Made by a program: the position numbers and the translations under genes
Source of the DNA: Methanocaldococcus sp. 28A
Lineage (GTDB): Archaea > AGJL01 > Methanococci > Methanococcales > Methanocaldococcaceae
Strand: one strand, 5' to 3'
Assembly (NCBI GenBank): GCA_049852185.1
Contig: CP187540.1
Length of the DNA: 64,000 nucleotides
In this document: positions 41,736 to 53,095 of the stretch, piece by piece
Layout of the letters: each line of letters begins with the position of its first letter
How positions within the stretch are numbered: the first letter of the stretch is position 1
Notes under the pieces: generated by a model
What the model saw: only the letters and a program-made list of their open reading frames with translations
Databases searched by the model: none
Told to the model about the DNA's origin: nothing

Positions 41736-42793
41736 TTAGTTGTTATTCTTATCACCCTCCAAATAAACCGTATATGTTGGAAATGCCATTTCAATCCCTT
41801 CTTTTTCAAATTCTTCTTTTATTTTTAAGTTTATTTCATCAACTGCATTTAAATAATAATCAAAACCTATATTTCTAACAAAGTATTCTACTCTTAAATT
41901 TAAACTCCAATCTCCATATTCATTAAAATGAACCCTATATGGAGGAAGAGTAGCAGGATGATTCTCTACAATTTCTTTTATTATATCCTTGGCTTTTTTA
42001 ATTTTCTCAACTGGTGTATCATATGTTAATCCTATAGTTGTTAAGACCCTTCTCCTATCTCTAACTGTTAGATTTTCAATAGCTGAATTTAACAATTCTG
42101 AATTTGGAATTGTTATTAAAGTATAATCAAATGTTCTAATTCTTGTGCTTCTTATACCTATTTCCTCGACAATACCTTCTATGTTGCTAACTTTAATCCA
42201 GTGACCTAAACTAAATGGCTTATCAACTAATATCAAAATCCCAGCAATGAAGTTTTTTATTGTATCTTGCATAGCTAATGCTACAGCCAAACCTCCAACT
42301 CCTAAACCAGCCAATAGAGCAGTGATATCATAACCTACAGAACTTAGAGCTGTTAATACCCCAAGGACTATGGTTATTATTTTTATAATTTTCTTTAATG
42401 GCTTTATTATATGTTCATCAAGCTCTGTTTCTGTTTTTTCAGTTAATGGAATTAAATAATGCTCAAATATTCCATCTATAAACTTAACTGCAATATATGT
42501 GGCTGAAAGAATTACAACTACTTTTATACCTTCCTCTATTAATTTAAATATGTAATCAGGCAGAATTAAAAACTTTATACCTAAATAAAAGAATGCTGTT
42601 ACTACTATCACAATAACTGGTAAATCTATTGCCTCCAATATTATATCGTCAAGTTTTGTTTTTGTTTTATTTATAATTTTTTTTTAAGATAATTTTTTAC
42701 TATTTTATCAACAATTCTTCCAATAAAAACACCTAACAAGACAATTCCAATAAATATAATTATATCGTAAATAGTGTTTCCAAAAATCTCCAT
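41736..42793 (-). pseudogene. mscS: MscS-family mechanosensitive channel, frameshifted in an A9 tract (42677-42685)
   Basis: MEIFGN.. N-terminal TM from ATG 42793 stops at 42671; remainder in another frame has LAGLGVGGLAVALAMQD, IGIRST, IPNS. Confidence 0.85.
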
Positions 42794-42829
42794 TTTTGTT
42801 TCACCCCTATCTAAATCTAAATAATCGAA

Positions 42830-42888
42830 TATAGTTGTTGTGCAAAATATACCTTATTTTATTTAAAATAGTTTTGCATACTACTATA
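42830..42888. mobile_element. Deleted MITE family B copy
   Basis: tatagttgttgtgcaaaa...atagttttgcatactactata. Confidence 0.7.
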
Positions 42889-42978
42889 ATTAAGTGCAAG
42901 TATTAGATATATAAAAATTTAAAAAATTATTAAAAAATAGATTTCAAAATATTTGTTAAAACCACTAAATATAAATAT

Positions 42979-44703
42979 TTATTTTTTTCTACCTCTTTGG
43001 ATTTCATATATTCTTTCTACATCTTCTATGGTGTTTATATCCTCTTTTCCTTTATCAAATCTAAACCTCACAACCCTTGGGAATCTCAAAGCATATCCAC
43101 AAGGATATTTATCAGATTTTTGTATCTCTTCATAAGCAACTTCAATAACTATTTTTGGTTCAACCTCAACCTCATCTCCTAAATCTCTAATTATTATTTT
43201 ATCAATCTCCTCCTTCAACATTTCTAAATCACTTTCAGTTAATCCAGTCCCTACATGCCCAACTGGGTAGAGATTTCCTTCCTCATCCCTAACACAAATC
43301 TCAAATGAACCATACCAATCTTTTCTCTTCCCCATTCCTCTTTTTGCCTTTGTAATTACAACATCTAAACTCTCAAGAGTTGGTTTAAATTTATACATAG
43401 TTCTAACTCTACTTCCTGGAGTGTAATGGGCTTTTAAGTTTTTAATCATAACTCCTTCATGTCCTATGGAGAGAGACCAATTGTAAAACTCTTTTGCTTC
43501 TTTTGCATCATTTGTAACCAATTTATAGGATATATCAATTACTTTATCTGATTTAAGCTCTTTCTCTATCCTTTCCTTTTCAGTCCTCCAATCATTCTCA
43601 TATCCTACAATATCCTCTAAAACTTTTCTTCTCTTCTCAAATTCTTCGTCTATAAATGATATTCCATCTTTATAAAGAATATCAAATAAATAAACTCTCA
43701 AATTTATTTCTTTCATCATCTTTCCAATATCATACTTCCTCCTAAACCTTCTAAGTATATCTTGGAACGGTCTTGGTTTTCCTGTCTCTTTATCAATAGC
43801 TACACACTCCCCTTCAACAATTAACTTATCTACATCAATTTTTTTTACTGCTTCAACAATCTCAGGCAATGCATTTGTAACATCCTCCAATCTTCTGCTG
43901 TATATTCTAACTTTATTTCCATCTTTGTGGATTTGCACTCTTGCTCCATCATATTTGGTTTCAAATTGGGCTTTACCCATCTCCAATAATGCATCTTCAA
44001 TTGAAGGAGTAAGCTGAGCTAACATTGGTTTTATTGGTCTAAATAATTTTAATTTTAACTCATCACTTTCTAAATCTCCTATCAATAATTTTTCAGCTAA
44101 AAGTCCAATGTCGTTGGTTATTGCATATATCTTCTCCAACTTTTCCTTTGGAACATTGAAGTATAAAGATAAAGCGTCTAATATTGTTGGGACGTTCATC
44201 CCTATTCTCATATCCTCTAAGATTAATCTTGCTAAATATCTACATTCAATTGGTGAAGCTCTAAGGAATAAACTACTTATTAACCTCAACTTTTTCTTTT
44301 GAGACCCTTCACCTTCTATCTCCCCTACTCTCTTTAAGGTTTCATAAACTTCATCAACTGTTAATGGTTGAAAAAATAAAGATACTTGTTTAATTTTTGA
44401 TTTTAACTGCTCTATGGCTAACCCTATATCACCCGTCTCTTTAATTTTTTCTAATAGCTCATCTTTATTAATGCCTATAGAAATAACAGCATTTATTAAA
44501 AGTTTTTCTCCAATTCCTAACTCTCTCTCATCATATTCTGGATAAACTCTTCCTATAGCCATATAACAAATCTTTTTTAAATCATCTGGCTTACCTTTCT
44601 CTTTAACCATTTCTATTAATTTTATAAAGTAATCCCTTTTTTCCAATCTTTTCGTAGTTTTCTCAATTTTGTCAAATATCTCACATACATCTTTCCACAG
44701 CAT
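42979..44703 (-). CDS. lig: ATP-dependent DNA ligase
   Basis: ETKYDGARVQIH, EGVMIK, LRFPR. Confidence 0.97.
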   Translation of the reverse strand: MLWKDVCEIFDKIEKTTKRLEKRDYFIKLIEMVKEKGKPDDLKKICYMAIGRVYPEYDERELGIGEKLLINAVISIGINKDELLEKIKETGDIGLAIEQLKSKIKQVSLFFQPLTVDEVYETLKRVGEIEGEGSQKKKLRLISSLFLRASPIECRYLARLILEDMRIGMNVPTILDALSLYFNVPKEKLEKIYAITNDIGLLAEKLLIGDLESDELKLKLFRPIKPMLAQLTPSIEDALLEMGKAQFETKYDGARVQIHKDGNKVRIYSRRLEDVTNALPEIVEAVKKIDVDKLIVEGECVAIDKETGKPRPFQDILRRFRRKYDIGKMMKEINLRVYLFDILYKDGISFIDEEFEKRRKVLEDIVGYENDWRTEKERIEKELKSDKVIDISYKLVTNDAKEAKEFYNWSLSIGHEGVMIKNLKAHYTPGSRVRTMYKFKPTLESLDVVITKAKRGMGKRKDWYGSFEICVRDEEGNLYPVGHVGTGLTESDLEMLKEEIDKIIIRDLGDEVEVEPKIVIEVAYEEIQKSDKYPCGYALRFPRVVRFRFDKGKEDINTIEDVERIYEIQRGRKK

Positions 44704-44718
44704 AACTATTCACCACTT

Positions 44719-45363
44719 TTATTGAAAACCTTCTTTACCGATTAATGGAACAAATGCTACAGGACCACAATCTTTTATTATTATATTATCTCCTCTCTTT
44801 TCAGCTAAAATTAATTTTTGCATGAATCTACCAACAGGCATTAGTAATTTTCCGCCATCTTTTAGCTGTTTTAATAAAGGCTCTGGAATCTTCGGTCCAG
44901 CAGCAGTTGCATATATTCTATCGTAAGGAGCTAATGGTTCATAACCTAAACTTCCGTCCCCCACTATTACAATAACATTATCATAACCCAATTTTCTTAA
45001 AGTTCTCTCAGCTTTCTCAGCTAATTCTGGTATTCTTTCAATACTAACAACTAAACCATCCTCTCCAACTATTTCAGCAGTCACAGCTGCATGATATCCA
45101 CAACCAGTTCCAATTTCTAAAACTTTCATTCCTGGCTTTAAATCTAAAAGCTCACACATCATTCCAACCATATGGATAGCTGAAATTGTTTGTCCATAAC
45201 CAATATCTAATGGAGTATCTACATAAGCATATTCTCTCAAATGTTTAGGAACAAACTCTTCCCTTGGGACTTTTAATAAGGCATCAATAACTCTTTTACT
45301 TTTTATATACCCCTCCCTAATTAATTTTTCAATCACTGATTTCTTTTGTTCTTCTAAGCTCAT
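44719..45363 (-). CDS. pcm: Protein-L-isoaspartate O-methyltransferase
   Basis: [25 protein letters not shown]. Confidence 0.96.
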   Translation of the reverse strand: MSLEEQKKSVIEKLIREGYIKSKRVIDALLKVPREEFVPKHLREYAYVDTPLDIGYGQTISAIHMVGMMCELLDLKPGMKVLEIGTGCGYHAAVTAEIVGEDGLVVSIERIPELAEKAERTLRKLGYDNVIVIVGDGSLGYEPLAPYDRIYATAAGPKIPEPLLKQLKDGGKLLMPVGRFMQKLILAEKRGDNIIIKDCGPVAFVPLIGKEGFQ

Positions 45364-45382
45364 GATTTCACCAAATAGGATT

Positions 45383-45496
45383 TATAGTTTTGTACAAAAC
45401 TATCTTAATTAAAATAAGGTATTAATGAATGCCTTCTTTAAGGAAGACATTCAAAATTTCCTTTTTAAAGTTTATTTCATTTTACACACAACTATA
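45383..45496. mobile_element. MITE family B, full-length copy
   Basis: Colinear with 29690-29803 including the central hairpin. Confidence 0.83.
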
Positions 45497-45586
45497 TATT
45501 AAGGAACATATATAAATGTTAATTATAGAAAATTACATAGCGGCTATAGATTTGTGCAAAATAAATTAAATTTTATGGTGTTGAAT

Positions 45587-46000
45587 ATGGTTGAAGAATC
45601 TTTCTTAACAGATACTCAAATTAAAGTTTTAAAATTAAGAAAAAAAGGATTAACTCAGGAAGAGATAGCAAAGATATTTGGAACAAGCAGAGCTAATATT
45701 AGTATGATTGAAAAAAGGGCAAAAGAAAATATAAAAAAGGCATATAATACAATAAAAATTTATAATAGAATAATGGCTCCTCTATCTATTGAAATTGAAG
45801 AGGGCACAGATGTTTTAGATATTCCAGATATCGTATTTAAAAAAGCAGATGAAGGAGATATAAAAGTAAAATACAACACCTTAGAGCTTATAGAATTTAT
45901 AAAAGAAAATGCTTCAGAATTTATAAAAAAAAGAATAGTTAAAAAGAAATTTAAAATATACATTCTTGAAAATGGGGAGTTAGATATTGGAGGGAGCTAA
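45587..46000 (+). CDS. tfx: Tfx-family DNA-binding protein
   Basis: SFLTDTQIKVL, TQEEIA, TSRANISMIEKRA. Confidence 0.88.
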   Translation: MVEESFLTDTQIKVLKLRKKGLTQEEIAKIFGTSRANISMIEKRAKENIKKAYNTIKIYNRIMAPLSIEIEEGTDVLDIPDIVFKKADEGDIKVKYNTLELIEFIKENASEFIKKRIVKKKFKIYILENGELDIGGS

Positions 46001-47044
46001 ATGAAAATCATAGAAGAAATCCCACAAAAAAATATTATTAAGCTTATGCCTGAAAATTTGGATGATTTGTGGGTTTTGTATAACATTATTGAAGAAGGAG
46101 ATAAAGTATTTGCAGTTACTGAAAGGAGAGTTCAAGATAAAGGAGATGTTATTAGAGCAGATAGAGGAGCTAAGAGAAAAATGTTTTTGGGAATAGAGGT
46201 AAAAAATGTAGAATTTGATGAAAACACAAAAAGAGTTAGAATTTTAGGGACTATAATTCATGGACCAGACGATGTTCCTCTCGGCAGTCATCATACAATT
46301 GAAATTAAACCATTTGATGAGCTTTCAATTGAAAAAAATTGGAAAAAATGGCAGATAGAGAGAATAAAAGAGGCTATTGAATCATCTAAGAGACCTAAGA
46401 TTTTAGTTGTTGTTATGGATGATGAAGAAGCTGATATCTTTGAGGTTAGAGATTACAGCATAAAAGAAATTTGCTCAATAAAATCTCATACTTCAAAAAA
46501 ATTAGATTATAAAATTAATGAAGAATTAAAAAAGGAGTATTATCATGAGATAGCTAAAGTTTTATCAGAGTATGATGTTGATAACATCTTAGTTGCAGGC
46601 CCTGGGTTTGCAAAAAATAGCTTTTACAATTTTATTTCTTCCCAATATCCTGAACTTAAAAATAAGATTGTAGTTGAAAGTATATCAACCACATCAAGAG
46701 CTGGATTAAATGAAGTTATTAAAAGAGGAATTATTAATAGAATATATGCTGAGTCAAGAGTCGCAAAAGAAACACAATTAATCGAAAAACTGTTAGAAGA
46801 GATTGCTAAAAAGGGATTGGCAGTTTATGGCATTGATGAAGTAAAAAAAGCCTTAGAATACTCAGCTATAGATACACTATTAGTTTCAGATAGCATCGTA
46901 AGGAATTATATAATAGAAGAAATAATAGACACTACAGAAGAGATGGGTGGGAAAGTAGTTATTGTTTCTTCTGAACATGATGCTGGAAAGCAATTAAAAG
47001 CATTAGGGGGAATAGCAGGATTATTGAGGTTTCCTATTGAATAA
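46001..47044 (+). CDS. pelA: Pelota (mRNA surveillance)
   Basis: PENLDDLW, GSHHT, AGPGF, LGGIAGLLRF. Confidence 0.96.
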   Translation: MKIIEEIPQKNIIKLMPENLDDLWVLYNIIEEGDKVFAVTERRVQDKGDVIRADRGAKRKMFLGIEVKNVEFDENTKRVRILGTIIHGPDDVPLGSHHTIEIKPFDELSIEKNWKKWQIERIKEAIESSKRPKILVVVMDDEEADIFEVRDYSIKEICSIKSHTSKKLDYKINEELKKEYYHEIAKVLSEYDVDNILVAGPGFAKNSFYNFISSQYPELKNKIVVESISTTSRAGLNEVIKRGIINRIYAESRVAKETQLIEKLLEEIAKKGLAVYGIDEVKKALEYSAIDTLLVSDSIVRNYIIEEIIDTTEEMGGKVVIVSSEHDAGKQLKALGGIAGLLRFPIE

Positions 47045-47647
47045 CTACTCTTGAACTCTTTTTAGAAGCTCTCTAAGCTTAAGGTTTTCAATAAATGTAA
47101 CAATATCACCATGGGTTTTTTCTAAGATTCCTCTGCAGATATCTTGCTTTCTTCTTAAATTATCCACTACATGGTAATAATCAAAGTTCATTAAAAATTC
47201 ATATAAATCTTCCATGAATTTGAAATATTTCTCAACCTCTTCTAAATTATCATTTTTCATTGCCTCTAATACCTCTCTCCTCAACTCTCCAATAACATCA
47301 GCCAATCCTAAAATGTAGTTCTCCTCTCTAATAAAATCAAGCTCTTTGAAACTTGGAATTTTATTATCAAATTTTATCATATACAAGGTGAGTGCTTCAA
47401 CAAATTCTTGTTGAGGTGTTGATAGATAATTAATAAACTCTGGAAATGTTGCTAAACTATTTAGCTTTTTAATTTTTTCTGATATTTCATTTAATTCGTC
47501 TTTAAAATTACCTTTATTATTTGACTTGTGGATTTTTCTAATTAACATAGCACAATCTCTTGTTATTTCTCTTGATAATTTTAAAATTTCTTCTCTAACA
47601 CTATCTTTATTTGCAAGGTAGTTTATTAAATAATTTAGCTCGTCCAT
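47045..47647 (-). CDS. Translin/C3PO-family protein
   Basis: QEFVEA, YILGLADVIGELRR, LRRKQD. Confidence 0.88.
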   Translation of the reverse strand: MDELNYLINYLANKDSVREEILKLSREITRDCAMLIRKIHKSNNKGNFKDELNEISEKIKKLNSLATFPEFINYLSTPQQEFVEALTLYMIKFDNKIPSFKELDFIREENYILGLADVIGELRREVLEAMKNDNLEEVEKYFKFMEDLYEFLMNFDYYHVVDNLRRKQDICRGILEKTHGDIVTFIENLKLRELLKRVQE

Positions 47648-47745
47648 AATATCACCAAAAATTTTATATACCCATTTGTTAGTATTTGTTTATACACTCC
47701 TTTTCTTTTATTACACTAATCCGTTATTAATTTATACCTCAATGA

Positions 47746-47842
47746 TGTAGGACTTTCGCAGGAATAAATTTCTTATGGTAAATTGACGCCATTTAAGTTA
47801 TTATATAAGGATATAATGTATATAAACTGCGAAAGTCCTACA
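47746..47842. mobile_element. MITE family A copy
   Basis: Perfect 16-bp TIR tgtaggactttcgcag / ctgcgaaagtcctaca. Confidence 0.85.
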
Positions 47843-47843
47843 A

Positions 47844-47885
47844 TGCAAACCTGAAAAGCCTAAATAGGGCAATGACAGGTTTGCA
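47844..47885 (+). promoter_or_regulatory. Stable stem-loop upstream of rpl3 (candidate leader)
   Basis: tgcaaacctg / caggtttgca 10-bp stem, purine-rich internal loop, apical stem. Confidence 0.5.
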
Positions 47886-47977
47886 AAATAAAGCTATTTA
47901 TATTTTATATATTAAATTAAACAAAACACTTAATAAAAAATTTTAAAAATATCAATAAATATGCTGGAGGTTAGATT

Positions 47978-48985
47978 ATGGGATTAAATGTTAATAGACC
48001 AAGAAGAGGTTCATTGGCATTCAGTCCAAGAAAAAGAGCAAAAAGACCAGTTCCAAGAATTAGAAGCTGGCCAGAAGAAGAGACAGTAAGGTTACAGGCA
48101 TTCCCTGTATATAAAGCAGGAATGAGCCATGCATTTATTAAGGAAGATAATCCAAAAAGTCCAAATGCTGGGCAAGAGATATTTACTCCAATCACAATAT
48201 TGGAAGCTCCACCAATCAACGTATGTGCTATAAGAGTTTATGGAAGAAATGAGAGAAACTACTTAACAACATTAACAGAAGTTTGGGCTGACAACTTAGA
48301 CAAAGAATTAGAAAGAAAAATCAAATTGCCAAAGAAAGAAGATAGAAAGACAGTAGAAGATTTAGAAGCATTAAAAGACAAAATTGAAGAAGTTAGAGTT
48401 TTAGTTCATACAAATCCAAAATTAACATGCCTTCCAAAGAAAAAGCCAGAAATCTTAGAAATTAGAATTGGAGGAAAAGATATCGAAGAAAGATTAAACT
48501 ATGCTAAAGAGATTTTAGGTAAGCAATTAAACATTACTGATGTCTTCCAAGAAGGAGAGTTAGTTGATACAATTGGAGTAACAAAAGGTAAAGGATTCCA
48601 AGGACAGGTTAAAAGATGGGGAGTTAAGATACAGTTTGGTAAGCATGCAAGAAAAGGAGTAGGTAGGCATGTAGGTTCTATTGGTCCATGGCAACCAAAG
48701 ATGGTTATGTGGAGTGTTCCAATGCCTGGACAAATGGGATATCACCAAAGAACTGAATACAACAAGAGGATATTAAAGATTGGAAACAATGGAGAAGAAA
48801 TTACACCAAAAGGTGGATTCTTACATTATGGAGTTATAAGAAACAACTATGTTGTATTGAAAGGTTCAGTTCAAGGACCTGCAAAGAGATTAATTGTATT
48901 AAGAAGAGCTATAAGGCCACAGGAACCATTAATCAAAGTACCTGAAATTACATACATAAGTACAACATCAAAGCAAGGTAAGTAA
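47978..48985 (+). CDS. rpl3: 50S ribosomal protein L3
   Basis: [19 protein letters not shown]. Confidence 0.98.
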   Translation: MGLNVNRPRRGSLAFSPRKRAKRPVPRIRSWPEEETVRLQAFPVYKAGMSHAFIKEDNPKSPNAGQEIFTPITILEAPPINVCAIRVYGRNERNYLTTLTEVWADNLDKELERKIKLPKKEDRKTVEDLEALKDKIEEVRVLVHTNPKLTCLPKKKPEILEIRIGGKDIEERLNYAKEILGKQLNITDVFQEGELVDTIGVTKGKGFQGQVKRWGVKIQFGKHARKGVGRHVGSIGPWQPKMVMWSVPMPGQMGYHQRTEYNKRILKIGNNGEEITPKGGFLHYGVIRNNYVVLKGSVQGPAKRLIVLRRAIRPQEPLIKVPEITYISTTSKQGK

Positions 48986-49028
48986 ATAAAAAACACTTTA
49001 AAATAATTGAAATAAAAGGTGGATAATA

Positions 49029-49787
49029 ATGAAGGCCGTTGTTTATAATTTAAATGGAGAGGCAGTTAAAGAAATTGACTTACCAGCAGTATTTGAAGAA
49101 GAATACAGACCAGATTTAATTAAAAGAGCATTCTTGTCTGCATTTACAGCAAAATTGCAGCCAAAAGGTTCAGACCCAATGGCTGGAAAGAGAACAAGTG
49201 CTAAGAACATTGGTAAAGGGCATGGTATGGCAAGAGTAGATAGAGTCCCACAAGGATGGGCGGCATTTGTTCCACAAGCAGTTGGTGGAAGAAGAGCTCA
49301 CCCACCAAAAGTTGAAAAAATATTATGGGAAAGAATAAATAAAAAAGAAAGAATTAAAGCAATAAAGAGTGCTATTGCAGCTACAGCAAACCCTGAATTA
49401 GTTAAAGAGAGAGGGCATGTCTTTGAAGCAGAAAACTTACCTATAGTTGTTGAAAGCTCATTTGAAGAGTTGCAAAAAACAAAGGATGTATTTGCAGTAT
49501 TTGAAAAATTAGGTATTAGTAGTGATATTATAAGGGCTAAGAATGGAATTAAGATTAGAGCTGGAAAGGGTAAGATGAGAGGAAGAAGATACAAAAAACC
49601 AAGAAGTATTTTAGTTGTTGTTGGAGACAAATGCAATGCTATATTAGCTTCAAGAAACTTACCAGGAGTTGATGTAATTACAGCTAAGGATTTAGGAATT
49701 ATACACTTAGCTCCTGGAGGGGTTGCTGGAAGATTAACAGTATGGACTGAAAGTGCATTGGAGAAATTAAAAGAGAGATTTGAATAA
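49029..49787 (+). CDS. rpl4: 50S ribosomal protein L4
   Basis: [28 protein letters not shown]. Confidence 0.98.
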   Translation: MKAVVYNLNGEAVKEIDLPAVFEEEYRPDLIKRAFLSAFTAKLQPKGSDPMAGKRTSAKNIGKGHGMARVDRVPQGWAAFVPQAVGGRRAHPPKVEKILWERINKKERIKAIKSAIAATANPELVKERGHVFEAENLPIVVESSFEELQKTKDVFAVFEKLGISSDIIRAKNGIKIRAGKGKMRGRRYKKPRSILVVVGDKCNAILASRNLPGVDVITAKDLGIIHLAPGGVAGRLTVWTESALEKLKERFE

Positions 49788-49815
49788 ATAAAAAGATAGA
49801 AACAAGGGGATAAAA

Positions 49816-50076
49816 ATGGATGCCTTTGATGTAATAAAAATGCCAGTTGTTACAGAAAAAACTGTTAGAATGATTGAAGAAGAAAACAAATTAGTATTTT
49901 ATGTTGATAGAAGAGCTACAAAAGAAGATATAAAGAGAGCTATGAAAGAATTATTTGATGTAGAAGTTGAGAAAGTAAATACATTAATAACTCCAAGAGG
50001 AGAAAAGAAAGCTTATGTTAAGTTGAAAAAAGGATATGACGCAAGTAAAATAGCTGCAAGTTTAGGAATCTACTAA
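49816..50076 (+). CDS. rpl23: 50S ribosomal protein L23
   Basis: PVVTEK, KKAYVKL. Confidence 0.98.
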   Translation: MDAFDVIKMPVVTEKTVRMIEEENKLVFYVDRRATKEDIKRAMKELFDVEVEKVNTLITPRGEKKAYVKLKKGYDASKIAASLGIY

Positions 50077-50117
50077 ATAAATTGAAACACAAAAATTTAT
50101 TATAAGTGGTGGTGAAA

Positions 50118-50843
50118 ATGGGAAAAAGATTAATCTCTCAAAGAAGAGGTAGGGGAACTCCAACCTATACTTGCCCTTCACACAAAAGAAGAGGAGAAGC
50201 AAAATACAGAAGATTTGATGAATTAGAAAAAAAAGGAAAAGTTTTAGGTAAAATTATTGATATTTTACACGACCCAGGAAGAAGTGCTCCAGTAGCAAAA
50301 GTTGAATACGAAACAGGAGAAGAAGGATTGCTGATTGTTCCAGAAGGTTTAAAAGTAGGAGATGTCATTGAGTGTGGTGTTGCTGCTGAAATAAAACCAG
50401 GAAATATCTTACCATTAGGAGCTATTCCAGAAGGGATTCCTGTCTTTAATATAGAAACAATTCCGGGAGATGGGGGAAAATTAGTTAGAGCAGGAGGTTG
50501 CTACGCTCACATATTAACACACGATGAAGACAGAACTTATGTAAAATTACCTTCTGGACACATTAAAGCTTTACACTCCATGTGTAGAGCTACAATAGGA
50601 GTAGTTGCTGGTGGAGGTAGGAAAGAGAAGCCATTCGTTAAGGCAGGTAAAAAATATCACGCTATGAAAGCTAAAGCTGTTAAGTGGCCAAGAGTTAGAG
50701 GAGTTGCAATGAACGCTGTCGACCACCCATTTGGTGGAGGAAGACATCAACATACTGGTAAACCAACAACTGTTTCAAGAAGAATGCCCCCAGGAAGAAA
50801 GGTTGGACATATTGCTGCAAGAAGAACTGGAGTCAGAAAATAA
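50118..50843 (+). CDS. rpl2: 50S ribosomal protein L2
   Basis: HDPGRSAP, VRGVAMNAVDHPFGGG. Confidence 0.98.
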   Translation: MGKRLISQRRGRGTPTYTCPSHKRRGEAKYRRFDELEKKGKVLGKIIDILHDPGRSAPVAKVEYETGEEGLLIVPEGLKVGDVIECGVAAEIKPGNILPLGAIPEGIPVFNIETIPGDGGKLVRAGGCYAHILTHDEDRTYVKLPSGHIKALHSMCRATIGVVAGGGRKEKPFVKAGKKYHAMKAKAVKWPRVRGVAMNAVDHPFGGGRHQHTGKPTTVSRRMPPGRKVGHIAARRTGVRK

Positions 50844-50909
50844 TTTCTTCCTAATTAATAATAATATATATTTAATATATTTAAAAATATATATTAAAGG
50901 TGACTAATT

Positions 50910-51368
50910 ATGGCTTCAACAAAAAGGAGAAGAATTAAAAAGAAAAAACAAGTAATTTCAAGAAGAGTCGAATTTAGATACAGAGGTTATACATTAGAAG
51001 AACTCCAACAAATGCCTTTGAGAGAGTTTGCAAAGTTATTACCTGCAAGACAAAGAAGAACATTATTGAGAGGGTTAACCCCACAACAAAAAAAATTAGC
51101 TATGAAAATCAAAAAAGCAAGAAGATTATTAAACAAAGGTAAAGAGCCAAGAATTATAAGAACTCACTGCAGAGATTTTGTTATAACACCAGATATGGTT
51201 GGTTTAACATTTGGAGTTTATAACGGAAAAGAGTTTGTTGAAGTTAAAGTAACTCCAGAAATGATTGGACACTACTTAGGTGAGTTCTCATTAACAAGAA
51301 AACCAGTTCAGCACGGTTCACCAGGTATGGGTGCTACAAGAAGTTCAATGTTTGTTCCAATCAAGTAA
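50910..51368 (+). CDS. rps19: 30S ribosomal protein S19
   Basis: [14 protein letters not shown]. Confidence 0.98.
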   Translation: MASTKRRRIKKKKQVISRRVEFRYRGYTLEELQQMPLREFAKLLPARQRRTLLRGLTPQQKKLAMKIKKARRLLNKGKEPRIIRTHCRDFVITPDMVGLTFGVYNGKEFVEVKVTPEMIGHYLGEFSLTRKPVQHGSPGMGATRSSMFVPIK

Positions 51369-51499
51369 ATTCGGAAGAATTTTTTACTATTTTTTATTTT
51401 ATTGGAAATTTTATTTAACTTTTTAATTTTATATTGAACATACCTTAAGGTGACTAAATACCAAAAATTAATAAATTAATAATATAAAGTGCGAAAATC

Positions 51500-51871
51500 C
51501 TATTCATACTCGACAGTTGCATTTTTTATATTAAATTCTTTCCCTCCAAAGAGTTTTAGCCTTATACTTTTACAATTTGGGCAATATATTTCAAACTCAT
51601 CCTCTATTATTGCCTCTCCTTCATATCCACAATCTAAGCATTTACATTTTGGTTTTATAAATTTAACATTAATTTTAGCATTCTCGCAAATAGTTCCTTC
51701 AGCAATAACTTCAAATGCAAATTTTAACTGCTCAATATTAATAAATGTTAGTTCTCCAATCTCTAAGTTAATTTCACTAACTTTCTTTATCTTTTTTCCT
51801 TTATCTTCTACTTTTTTTACACTATTTAGAATTGCCTCAAGCATAGCTGTGGCATAGGACAATTCATGCAT
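51500..51871 (-). CDS. hypA: Hydrogenase nickel chaperone HypA
   Basis: MHELS, CLDC...CPNC, GGKE. Confidence 0.95.
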   Translation of the reverse strand: MHELSYATAMLEAILNSVKKVEDKGKKIKKVSEINLEIGELTFINIEQLKFAFEVIAEGTICENAKINVKFIKPKCKCLDCGYEGEAIIEDEFEIYCPNCKSIRLKLFGGKEFNIKNATVEYE

Positions 51872-51873
51872 AC

Positions 51874-52326
51874 TTATCCCAGCCCTAATTCTTTAATAAT
51901 TATTTCTTTAACTTTATCTTCTTTATTTTTTGGAGTAAATATTTTGAAATTAAAAACAGCTCTTATAACATCATCCCCATCTACAACTCTACACTCTCCT
52001 AAATAAGCTCTTTGCTTGTCAAATCTAATATAAAATTTGTTATCCTCAACTCTTAAGTGTAAATCCTTTTTTAATTTGTTTAAATTTCTTTCATCTGATT
52101 TTATCAAATCTATAACATGTTTAAATATCTTCTTAGCTTCTTTTCCTTCAACATTAATATTGATAATCTTTATAGGATTTCCAAAATAACCTTGTGTTTC
52201 AACAACTTCTAAGTTTATTTTCTCCTCATCAACATCTTGTGGAATAATAAACTCCAATGCCTCTAAAACTTTATCTTCATCCTCAGTAGCATGTACTATT
52301 GCACTAATTTTTATAGAATTTAGCAT
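51874..52326 (-). CDS. Predicted RNA-binding protein (DUF54-like)
   Basis: VHATEDEDKV, GYFGNPI, RFDKQ. Confidence 0.8.
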   Translation of the reverse strand: MLNSIKISAIVHATEDEDKVLEALEFIIPQDVDEEKINLEVVETQGYFGNPIKIININVEGKEAKKIFKHVIDLIKSDERNLNKLKKDLHLRVEDNKFYIRFDKQRAYLGECRVVDGDDVIRAVFNFKIFTPKNKEDKVKEIIIKELGLG

Positions 52327-52436
52327 AGTAACACCTTTTCTAAATTATAGTTTTGTGCAATAAAAATTGCATATCCATAAAATAAGAATTTATTAAGAAT
52401 TTCCAATAGACAATTATAAAAAAGAACTATAAAAAT

Positions 52437-52700
52437 TTATTTAGCTAAAATGATTTCAATTGTTGAGACATTAACTTCTCTCCCATCTGGGTTTTTTACT
52501 TTGTCTGTCCCTATTTCTATTTTCTTAACTTTTATGTCTTTTATAAATCTGTTTCTTATCATCTCTGCAACATCCACTGCTTTATTAATGGCTTTTCCTC
52601 TTGCTTTTATTATCACTTCATCGTTACTTGTTAACTGTGTTAGAACTGCTACAACGTAGTTCATCACTGGCTTTTTCCCTATTAACACTACATTATCCAT
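52437..52700 (-). CDS. albA: DNA/RNA-binding protein Alba
   Basis: [25 protein letters not shown]. Confidence 0.97.
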   Translation of the reverse strand: MDNVVLIGKKPVMNYVVAVLTQLTSNDEVIIKARGKAINKAVDVAEMIRNRFIKDIKVKKIEIGTDKVKNPDGREVNVSTIEIILAK

Positions 52701-52774
52701 ATTCTCAACCTATCTGATATCTGTTGTATAAATGCATATAGAATTAACTTCATTACCTATTTATATTTTTCATT

Positions 52775-52834
52775 GAAACTTTTAGTAAAAGTTTCATCAA
52801 AACGGATGCATTGCTTCCTAAAGGAAGTAATGCC
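52775..52834 (+). repeat. Double-hairpin element (X cap hairpin + Y hairpin)
   Basis: gaaacttttagtaaaagtttc atcaaaac ggatgcattgcttcc-taaa-ggaagtaatgcc. Confidence 0.78.
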
Positions 52835-52847
52835 CATATATAATAAC

Positions 52848-53094
52848 ATAGGACTTTCACAAGATAAAAATTTAGTTCCCATCAAGCATTCACATATTTG
52901 TTAATGTTGTTTAATTATATTAAGATATTGATGTGTTATAGGGCAATCGTGAATAAGACAATCTTAACGGATAATTTAGATATGGCTCGAATATGTTTTG
53001 GAACTTCTCAATGATAGGACTTTCGCAAGGATAAATAATAATGAACTTTAATGCCTTTGGCATCTATACCTTATTTAGTTAGTATATAAACTGC
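52848..53094. mobile_element. Two family A left ends (52848, 53014) enclosing a possible transposase C-terminal fragment
   Basis: ataggactttcacaag and ataggactttcgcaag; second copy runs to tatataaactgc; 53007-52936 minus reads EVPKHIRAISKLSVKIVLFTIAL*. Confidence 0.55.
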
Positions 53095-53095
53095 T

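Noticed and set aside
47844-47885. Possible SECIS element (also considered for 55581-55626)
   Set aside because: No canonical GAA/A plus three S-S pairs, and no gene with an in-frame TGA nearby.
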